NCBI RefSeq assembly: GCF_009914755.1
Contig: NC_060938.1
Length of the DNA stretch: 64,000 nucleotides
Direction: 5' to 3' (one strand)
Source of the DNA: the human T2T-CHM13v2.0 reference genome, Homo sapiens
Position numbers and translations under genes: made by a program. Numbering within the stretch: the first letter of the stretch is position 1; each line of letters starts with the position of its first letter. The notes beneath the pieces are model-generated. The model was not told where the DNA came from. It saw nothing but the letters and a program-made list of their open reading frames with translations, and ran no database searches. Below, piece by piece: positions 53,091 to 64,000 of this stretch.

Positions 53091-55174
53091 AAAACCATAA
53101 CATTACTAAGTGTAATGACTTGTCAATATGCTGGAAGTTTAGGAAATTTTCTTCACCGAAACTCTGGATTTCTATTTTGTTTTCAGGACACTGGGTTACT
53201 ACGTATAATTTGAGGATATGAGGAATTATTTAATTTAATATTAAATTTTCTTGTTACAATTTGGAACTATTATATTTTAAGAATCTAGTTAATTCCGCAC
53301 TTCAGGCAAATCTTTAAGTCTGCAATGTTTTGCAATGCAATGAGAGACAGATAGATGGGATGGATTTAATGGTACCAAAGATGGAAAAGTGAGTGGCAAG
53401 GACTAAGACCATCCTTGCTGACAGGAAAGCAGGAGCAAGAGGAGATGCTCTTATTAAAGGATCATCCTACAAAACTGTCCTTGCGGTTTACTGTAACTAA
53501 TGTTTCTAATGCAATCCTAAAACTACATAACACTGGAGGTCATATTAGTCAGCACTAGGGGAGAAATGTCTTCTGCTGAACAACATCCTTAACACCCCTC
53601 AGCAGAATCAGAGAATGCGGACAGAAGAAATGCTCTATGAGCTGGGGGAGTTTTTATTAGAAAGGACTTATCCACTTGGAAAAAAAGCAGTACAGCAGAG
53701 GCTAACACCACCAATCATTGAACAGAAAAAGGATTGTAGAGTCATAACTGGGAAGAAGTGTAATTCATCTAGATCGTTCTTCAAGCTCCAGAGGATTGTT
53801 ATTCATTCACGGATTGTGAACTAAATATTTCTCTTAAATGTAAAGTGGACCAGAGTTAGTTTTTTCTCCCTATGACTTTGGTCAGATGGCCATGGATTTT
53901 GTGAACATTCAATAAATATTTATTAGTATTAATGGTTCTGTATCTTCAGTGAAATATTGTCCTGCCCTATAATCCTTTCAGTTTTCAGTCTAAAAATTTT
54001 TCACAACAAATTTTAACCTATTCTATATTTGTTGTAAATGGAACATTAAAAACTGAGAATGACGAATGGCCTCCTTAGACTGTTGCTTCTCATGTACAAA
54101 GTCATATCACGGCCACTGTTTTCTCTGGGTTTTAAATATTTACTAATAGTCTCTATTTTTAGTCCATCGTCACTCCATCTTCCATGAAATCAATGCCAGT
54201 AAAACATCATTGGAATCTATTGGCTACAAAATATTCCCCTGCGCTAAAGTCATGGCATAAAAGGTAAAGTATTATTTAGTATTATTTATATTTTTATTAA
54301 TAAAATTTAGGAGGCTTTTTCTGAATCTTTTATCTGTGCACCCAGAATTTAAATCTCATTTTTCAACAATTATTTATTGCTATATGTGCATGAAGAAGGA
54401 CACTTTTTGAGTATTAGACTAGGCAAAATTGTATCTTCTTAAATCACAAACTAACCTCTCAATGTGTTTGCCTCTTCTTAGATGTTTCTCATAGCTTGAA
54501 TTACTGACTGTGGCCTTTTTCATTTCCTATAGTTCATAATGTGATTAGAGAGCAAGGGCATTTGGTTGCATATTATAATAAAATGATTGATATCTATTAG
54601 AGTGTCTTGCAGAACTATCAAAAAGAAAAAAAACTCATCCAATTGTATCACATAAAAACAATACTCTAATTTTTGGTACTTTCAAGAAATAACCTCACCC
54701 TAATGTTACCACTAACATATTAATATCAATTAATAATGGGCTGGGCATTAGCTAATGAGAAAGTATTTTGTCTTTTAGATTACCATTAATGGATGGAGAT
54801 ATAGCCTTATCATTAGTAGTTTTAAAAGTGAATGTAAAATGTGATTTTCATTCATGAAATATTTTGAGGCCTCCAAGGCCTGGTACTTTAAAAGCCTAGT
54901 ACTTCTTTATGCAGAAGACTTCTACAATTCAAAACAATTCATCTCTTTAGGGTTGAGAAGTAACCAAGCCTGGCTTACTACCAGGTAGAATCATATAACT
55001 TTGCAGCTACCTACTGTATTCTCTGTCTTAAAGAGCCACAGTGCACATTAACATATAAAGGCTGTGGATGATCCTGCAGAAAATGCAAGTGTTTAACTTT
55101 CTTAGCCAGAGAAACTATGTTGTATTAAATCTTTAGCCTCCTATCATACTCATGTTTTTCAGAAAACAATTTAC

Positions 55175-55330
55175 AAAATCTAATCTAACCCAACCTCTTT
55201 GTTTAGGTATAAAGAAACAGAGGAAGTGAATGGTTAAACATCTTGTCTAAGATTACGCTCTTACTGGCAGAAATTGATGTCAACTCAGATATGCTGACAT
55301 AGATATATACGCTGTCACATCTCCTTGCTC
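55175..55330 (+). mobile_element. MIR fragment
   Basis: atctaacccaacctc…taaagaaacagagg…ggttaaacatcttgtctaagattac…ctggcaga…aactcagat…ctgac follows the MIR core order. Confidence 0.6.
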
Positions 55331-57571
55331 ACCCTGTGTTCATTAATCATTATTCTGTAACTGTAAATTAAGTATTTTTTTCCCAAACATACTAGCACTT
55401 ATCAGAAAATTATCCTCAGGTTTGGTAGACAGCTACAATCACTTGAAGGGATTCCATCTTTAATAATGACAGTTTTTGGTATGTTAGTAACTAAATCATG
55501 CTGAAAGAGATTGATTGTCCTCCATAATGAATGGTATGTAGTGCTTTTCCAGTGAAGTTTCCATAAAGCATAAAGTCAAATATTTGTCTCAGTTCCCAAG
55601 ACTTGAATTAGATAAGCAGCTTCACCTATACCACCAGATGTCATGTCAAACCTCCGGTTTCATTTTAAATATCTGCTTTTTTCATTTGCCCTGTCCTCTA
55701 AAAAATCAAACAAAATAGTCTTAGAATTCCTTATATTCAAAGTCACTTAGAGTAGTGAAATCAATTTTTATCAGTCTTCTTTTTGCTTATCTGATAATTT
55801 GGAAAACTCAGCAAAAGCTTTTTTTTTAATGAATAAGGCAAATGAAAAAAAAAATGAAGCCAACCGTGTTTTTCCATACTGTATGGGAGTAAGTCATTCA
55901 GTAGTGAAACGATCCTCATTTCTGAATGAAGGATTATTGTAGGTGGAGCCATTCATGTACCTTCAATATATTCATTTTATGGAATTTACCAACCCATTAT
56001 ACAGCATACAGTCCTGACTTTCAAAAATCTCATAATTTCAAAAGAGAGATAGATACATAAATAAGTAAATAGAATGCAGTGTCATAAGTGCTATACCAGA
56101 AGTGTGTACAGGTGCGAGGAGAGTGGAGAAATTCCAGGGAACCTAATGTCAAGCCTGTGAGGAAGAACTTTAGCACCATTACTCATTCTTTTTCCAACTT
56201 TCTTTCCTTTTCTGTTTAAAAGAATTAGAGGGAAAGGTGATTAACATATATGTGCTAGAAAGGCATGGGTATGAGTGTATGTGTGCACGCCAGTGTTTGT
56301 ATGTATGTGTCTGTATACATTACTAACATTTACCCCAGTCTGAAAAAAATTTGTTAAAAGAAAAAATTATAAATGTTATTGCCAGGATAATAACTGCATT
56401 CAAAGGAAGGTCATTGGTATCCACAGTCATTGATTATTCTGCATATGAAGAAACAAGCCCACTCATTGAACCAGCCCCCATTAGCACTGCCTCTACCCCT
56501 GCTTGTCAATGCTAACATGGAATGCATTTTCTTTCTTGCCTATAGCTCACTCTTCAGAAATTTTATTTGACTTTCCCAGTGTCTACTTAGAATACAGATG
56601 GAATCTAAGCAAAGGCTCTAACCCTCTCTCTTACAGGTTCAATAAACACTCTAACCAGTCATTCATGTAGCTTGATGACTTGTCCTTCCCTGGATTGTCT
56701 TGTTGCTAAAATTCAGACAGGATGCCAGACAAACTTAAGCATACCCTGAGAAATAAAGTTATAAGTTAAATCATTTTGTTCTGTTGGGAACTCATGAGCA
56801 AGAATCACTTACTAGCTTTTTAATGATAACATTTTTAGAATCATACAGAGATAACATTCTTTTCAACAGCTAATTATCGGAAAATAAAGAAACCTCAACC
56901 TAAGCCATGTAAATTTTAAATCATATTTATGGATAAATCCCATATAATGGAACAAACCTAAGACAGCACCATCTTTTCCATTCTCCTTGTAAATAGATAA
57001 CAGTAAATATGACAGTATTAGACAACCGAAAAGTGTGATAAAAATGAGTTAATTGATAATATTGAAACCTTTTTCTCCATTTATAATTTAGTTTATCAGG
57101 GACTGGCAGTAAACTTGAGTGTCTGTTCTGAAACTCTTTATTATCCCTCCCTATCTGTAAAATCTGTAATTAAAGCAGTTGGTATTAAAATAAGCAAATA
57201 ACAAAAAACAGAGGCCAAGCCCACCACACACTACTTCCCTAAACCACCAAAATTCATTACGTTTTACTGGAGGTTGCATGACCTGGATTTTATGTGTTTT
57301 CTTGTATAAAGTACAGGGTAAGCATACAGACATTAAGGGGAAAACAAATTTCACTAACCCTGTTTCACCATAGTGACGGAGAGAGGGTATTACCTGGAAG
57401 AAATAAGATTTACCACAGCATCTCAGCTTTTTCATCCTATACCATACCTCTTTCCACATTCTCAAGTGTACTAGGGTTCTCCGGAGAAACAGAACCAATA
57501 GGATATATATATACACACACACACAGATAAATAGATACATATATAATATATACGTTATATATATATACATA

Positions 57572-57884
57572 TTTTTTTTTCTTTTCTTTTCTTTTCTTTT
57601 TTGAGATGGAGTCTCACTCTGTTGCCCAAGCTGGAGTGCAGTGGTGTGATCTCGGCTCACTGCAATCTCTGCCTCCCAGGTTCCAGCGATTTCTCCTGCC
57701 TCAGCCTCCTGAGTAGCTGGGAATACAGGCGTGCACCAGCACACCTGGCTAATTTTTGTATTTTTTAGTAGAGATGGGGTTTCACTATATTGGCCAAGCT
57801 GGTCTCAAACTCCTGAACTCATGATCTGCCCACCTCAGCTTCCCAAAGTGCTGGGATTACAGGCGTTATCCACCACACCCGGCC
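57572..57884 (-). mobile_element. AluS, full length
   Basis: (CTTTT)n tail, gagatggagtctcactc…cacacccggcc. Confidence 0.92.
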
Positions 57885-58013
57885 ATATGTATTTTTTATT
57901 TATAGACACATACATGTTTTATATATAGACACATTATACACACACACATACACATATATATATATGCAAAAAGAGTTATTTTAATGTATTGACTCACATG
58001 ATAATGCGGTCTA

Positions 58014-58348
<335 letters not shown>

Positions 58349-59073
58349 TCATGATCTGTTGTCAGCAAGCTGGAGAAGAAGGAAAGTCAGTGATAGAGTT
58401 CTAAGGCCTGAGAGCCAGAGAGCTGATGATGTAGGTTTCCGTGTAAGTATGAAGACCTGAGAATAGGAGCTCCAAGGGCAAAAGAAGATTGATATTCCAG
58501 ATCCAGCAGTCAGTCAGATAACCAGCCAATCATCTTTTCCTGTACATTTTTATTCTAATCAGGATCTAAATGGACTGGATGATGACCACCCAAATTGGGG
58601 AAGGCAATCTATTGAGTCCACCAATTCAAATGCTAGTATCTTCCAGAAACACCTTCAAGTGCACCCAGAAATGATGTTTAATCAGCTATCTGATTTCCAT
58701 GACCTAGTCAATTTGACACATGAAATTAACTATCACACCAAGTTTGTATCATAATTTGTAAAAGCCCATGAAAGCTTTACGTTATCATATTTCCCTTAAG
58801 GCTCCTATATGTTCTGTACTATATACTTAATATTTACTTGGATTAGTAGGAGTGTGCTGGGGAATCAAAATTTTACAGTGGACATCTAGACTATTTGCAT
58901 TTAAATCTGCTATTACTATATAAAACATGAAGCTGAAAATAGACTTATGGGTCAGGTTACTTTCATCTTCAAATAACAATAGTAAGACTTAAGCATCTAG
59001 GCATCCAGATCCCTGGTTTTATTGTACCTTTCATATGATGATCTTCAGTATATTGTCTTTGTAGTAGATTGAC

Positions 59074-59124
59074 CTCTTACTGGCAGAAATTGATGTCAAC
59101 TCAGATATGCTGACATAGATATAT
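59074..59124 (+). repeat. Exact 51-bp dispersed direct repeat of 55258-55308
   Basis: CTCTTACTGGCAGAAATTGATGTCAACTCAGATATGCTGACATAGATATAT is present at both positions. Confidence 0.97.
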
Positions 59125-62100
59125 CTGTTCCCTCATGCTCCCAAATGGGCTGCCGTAGTGGCATATATTGCTTCGGTACGCACTGCAGCCAGAGCTAGTA
59201 GAAACTGGTTGTTTTCTTTATCAACAATGCTATGGAGTTAGACTAAGAATTCAATAGTATTCCTAGTTACATACCATAATACTCTTCCATTTCCAATACT
59301 GGATGCCCATTGACATGGATTCTGCTATCTTTGTATTATAGTGATTCCTTTTTTGATGTTAATAGGGTTAATAGATAAACAAGAGGTGCATACCAGATCA
59401 AATAGCTACCTATCCACAAGATTACTCGGAAAAGCACAGGATTTATTTGTTACCTATGCAGCCAAAGTTGCATACCCTTTAATCACATCATTCTATCACC
59501 AGTATTATTGAAACCACAAGAAAGGTAAAAAGACATCTTTATAATTAGGGGCATATTAATAGACATAAATATTGACTCTCTGTTGTGGGCCTGAAGATAC
59601 TTTAGTCTAATTTTAGTGACTTAGGGAAAATGTGTGACTCTTTTAAGCTCACAAATAACTGTACATCATGGATTTATTTTCAATGATTTCCAGGTTTAGA
59701 CATTTCTGTTCTCAGAAGGTTCCTGCAAAGTCAACTTCTGTATTCAACATAAAGTATAAATTTCACTTTACTTCCTCATATACGGAAAATTTCTATATTG
59801 TTATTTCAAGTGACAGGCAGTAAATTGGCAAATTCACAGCCCAAGATCACAGTAGCCCTAACTATATCAACCTTTTTATTCTTGATATTTCCCAGAAGGT
59901 CCAAAATTTGTGTGTCTTTTTAGTGGAATTGTTATTGTTTGTTGTGTCACAACAAACAAATGATACCAGTTCTCAAATATTAAGATTATATTGCTTCAAA
60001 TAGTGACTTTCTACCAATTAATTTATTCAAATGGAACTTGGCGTAACCTTAACAGATAAAGGTCAAGAATATATGACGAGAATATATTTATCAGTGATAT
60101 GATCAAAGGTTAAAAAGTTTAATGAGCTGAGTTATGAGGAGATATTATAAGGCAGAAATAAATTGAATATGAGTAAAAAAATCAGTAAAGTTCAGTGAAA
60201 ATCTGAAGAGAAAGTTAAATAGTCACGATATGTCTACATTCCTATAGTGTTATTCTTAACCAAAAAAGTGCAAAACATTCCAACTGAACATTATTAAAAA
60301 TATGTACATACTGTTACCATTTTACTCTGAAATACGTCACCTTATAGCTATGACAAAGACCTGAAGTAGATTAGCAAATAACATGACAATGGGCAAAAAA
60401 GAGACCATTTTAATGGCATGACCAATTACATTTCATACAAGACCTAGGTAAATTCAACAGCAAGAATGCATGAAAAATCAGAATTATCACCTCTTTGTCA
60501 TTTACCAGCACAAAACAACCATGTTCCTCAAGAAATAGAGACAAGATAGAATCGAATTTGAAACAAGATACTGCGTATAAATTATTCCCATCAATGCCTT
60601 ATGAGTCTCATTAAGTTTTCTCTCTAAGGAAGGATGATACAATCATTTACATCATAGGATTTATTCAATTTTTTGCCTATTCCATTTTCATTATTATTAA
60701 TCCAAGAAATCTGGAAAAGATATTACTGTTCCAAGTTGCTTTCACGTATGACTAGCTTAACAATAGGAGATCTCAGATTGTTTAAGGACACATTTTCTTT
60801 TAGATAAGGCAACATTTTCACAGAATTCTTTTATCAGACACTTGGCAATTCCTCCACCTTCTGAATAAGAGCCTTGCTCAGCATATGTGGGAAATGAGAC
60901 ACTGCACACATTGGTTAAACTAGAATTCAAATAGTTAGCCAACATGTGGAAGACATCAGCAAAAGTTATTCCAATGATCTCACATTGGCAAATATGGTAC
61001 TCTGACTGGTTCCAGAATAAACAGATCATTCGACTTGAGTGCGCAAACCCTTGTGTGAACACATGTAGACACAAAGGGCTTTGAACAGAGTAATAGGGCA
61101 GAGCATTAGCCCAAGAAAGATGGAAGATGTGAAACTCTGGATGGTGATACTTATGAAAGATAACCCACATCATTGCTCAAATAGCTGAGTCATAAATACG
61201 GGAACTCGGTCAAAGGAAAAATATTGTAGGGGAGAAGAATAGGAAGTAAGGTAGAATTAATTTCCCACCTCACCTAAACTCCATTCATATGCATGATGAG
61301 CCACACTAAAAATTTAAGAATTGAGAAAACTTGGAATGTAAATGAACTTTTGTTAAAATTCACCTTGATAAAACATACAATTGGGGTTGCAGGTGTGGGA
61401 AAGGCAGGACTCAAAGACATTGAATGTTTAGACACGATGATACTGGTCTTTTATTTCCTGAAGGCATTTGGCTGCCTCCTTTCACTGACAAGCTCCCTAA
61501 TAAATAATATTAATGTGAGAAGAAAGATACTTGTTTATTGAAAGTCCCGACCAAAGAAGCAGGAAATACCTTGGGTGTAGCCAGTCTTTGGACATTCGTC
61601 AAGAACTCCTGAGAGTTAAGACAGAGGTTTGGCTTCATGCAAGATCTTTCTTATTTGTTCTTATTTGGAACATTACTTTTGATTTAGAAAGTCAGTTACT
61701 AATGTTACCAAGACTAAGAAAAATATATATACCATCCTTTCCCCATTTTTCTTTTCAAAATATCCAAGTTATATTTGCACATATTTGGGGAAGAAATTAA
61801 AGATTAAGATTGCTGTTTGAGACTTTTTCTGAGTTGTAGAAAATAACATTGTACCAAGAAAAAAAAAGAAAAAAAAACATTAAGTCTTTCTGCAGTCCCC
61901 ACATAAAGTCATTCACTTAGTGATTTTAGATTTAATTCAGCCAATACTGTCTTAACACTCACATGAATTTATCTGTTAAATGGAGAGTATAAATCATCAT
62001 AAATATTCTTAATAGGAGTTGGGCCAAAGGGCTTATTTGAACTCAGTTAATTAATTTTTAAATAGGGCACAATCTATCAATGAATTCCATATTTTTAAAA

Positions 62101-62274
62101 AAGTAAAGTTTAGTCACAAGGAAATTGGATGTGGGTGAGAGGACAGGATATTTATTTATTTCTTTTGGGTTTTATTGTTTTCATTCTGTTTTTCATTAAT
62201 GTTGCATAAAAATATTATATCGAAAACATTAAGTGCAAATTAACTTTGCTCCTTTGCTAAACTTCTAAAATAGA

Positions 62275-62745
62275 TGTATTAGTTAAGATTCCATTCAGTG
62301 GGGTGTAAGAGACACCCAGAGTTGTTATGGCCAAAACAGAAAAGGAGTATATTTATTGCCTACATAAGTGAAAGTAAGCAATTCCCTATTGCATGTAAGA
62401 GCTGACGGTGAAGTTCTCAGAGACATAGTTTCCAGCTGACCACTTCACAATACCTTAGGTATTGATCTTATCCTAGATTGTGTGATCTGGGCCTTACTCT
62501 GCTAAACAAAGATAGAGGAAAAGAAGAATAAAAAGAAGCAGCAGCAAAGAACAAGCAACAAGAGGACCTTAAAGATGATTTGAGAGGATGACATAAAAAA
62601 TTCCCATTTATGTGCTATTGACAAGCTCTTAGTCTTGCTGCAAAGAAGGCTGACAAATTTGTTCATTATTCTAGGTGTCTTAAATTCTATTATTATAGAA
62701 GAAGGGCACATTGCAGAATAAATAATTATCTGTCTATCCCATAAT
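62275..62745 (-). mobile_element. Very old MLT1 (J/K-like) LTR remnant
   Basis: tgtattagttaagatt…tttattgcctacataagtgaaag…gctgcaaagaaggctgacaaatt. Confidence 0.45.
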
Positions 62746-64000
62746 ACATCTTTTTTGGAAGCCTGTGACAGCAATCCATATTTTTCTCTCTAACAATCCA
62801 ACAAAATCAACAAGCATGACCAGCACAAACAACAATCTGACATATTTATTAATATTCCATCAGAGAATAAATAGGTAAATATATTTTTACTGTGATATGT
62901 GACTTATAAATTCTAAAGAAATAATAGAATGTACCATAATGTTCACTTTAATCTAAACTTATTTGCTTTTCAAGTCCCTTGAACAGATTTTGAACAGATT
63001 TTGCCTGGGGATGCTTCAGATATGTTTACTGAGTTAGTATAAAAAACTTTAATAATCATAAGATCCAAATCCCTAAATTGGAATTTCTTTTAGGTGACAT
63101 ATTTTCATACACGACAGAAATGAGATCCAAAGAGTGAGTTAATCAAAATCACATAAACGCTTGTTGATCTTCTGAATGTGCAAGCTGAGGACTTTTATAC
63201 TTTTATATTGTGACTTATTTTTACTGTGTAAACCTGAATGTCTTGAATTTTTCTAAATGTTCTGAGTTTATATTCCAAATTTAGAATATAAAAAGATAGG
63301 TAACATGCAAGCATATAAACCAGTAAATCAAAATATAGCTGTATTTGGTGCCCCTAAGTCTCAAAGTATATTATTTTTACTATTAATATTTGTCCAATGA
63401 CTATTAAATAGTGGCCAAAGAATTATCAAAACAATAAATAAATCAGTGAAGAATGAAGTTCTTCATTGTTTCTGAATCAAAAAATCTTTAATGTTTATGC
63501 TCATAATTTCAAATTCACCTCGGCTTAGGAGAGTGTTACAACATTCAGGAAAAATCAAATAAAAAACCATATGTTTGTCCATATGTGTGGAGTCAAAATG
63601 TCATGGGAAAGTTGGAGCTTTTAGAAAAGGTGGGCATTAATCTTCTTGCATAGGAAGTATTTTGATGAGGTTTGATGAGGTTAATGAGATTGACTATTGC
63701 CTTAAACATTCTTTCTTCAGTTTTGAGTTTTAACTATCTGTATTTTTGAAACCAGAAGGAAGTGGTCTTAAAAAACAAGAAAATGAAATGAGGCATATTG
63801 CCATTTTTTGTCAGGCCAGAAACAAAAGTACATCTTGGAAGTACAGGTCATGACAAAATATGTTTTATTTAAAGCATGTGACTTAGGAAAGATTATCACA
63901 TTAATAGAGAGAAGGGAACAGTGGCTTGCCTGATACATTTATATTTTCAAGGACAAGAGCAGTAGTAGAAAAATGTGTGAGTGTCTCCTCCTTCCTGCTG

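Noticed and set aside
60757-61173. 138-aa minus-strand ORF as a possible processed pseudogene or exon
   Set aside because: No recognisable protein similarity, poly(A) tail or TSD

Overview
Primate (human-like) genomic DNA, AT-rich and CpG-depleted, with no recognisable protein-coding exon, RNA gene, CRISPR array or NUMT. All listed ORFs are explained by Alu, LINE-1, LTR or microsatellite sequence, or look like chance ORFs. The window is a patchwork of transposon relics: AluY/S/J, old antisense L1M tracts, two young L1PA 3' ends, about 14 solo LTRs (LTR1, MER11, MER50, MER61, MER67-like, MER21, MLT1, MST, MLT2), Tigger/hAT MITEs and MIR/L2. These are separated by repeat-poor unique stretches. 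Most long L1 tracts are on the minus strand, which fits, but does not prove, a long intron of a + strand gene. The best second-look items are: an exact 51-bp copy of a MIR-internal sequence 3.8 kb downstream; a 288-bp MER61-type solo LTR with 15 CpGs, ETS/YY1 motifs, a dead poly(A) signal and a GTAAGT donor; a recursive-splice-like (Y)nCAG|GTAAGT site in unique sequence; a twin-primed L1PA2; and a duplicated TCTA STR followed by nested palindromes. I found no evidence that establishes a new biological system. Repeat subfamily names come from my recall of consensus sequences and need RepeatMasker/Dfam confirmation.
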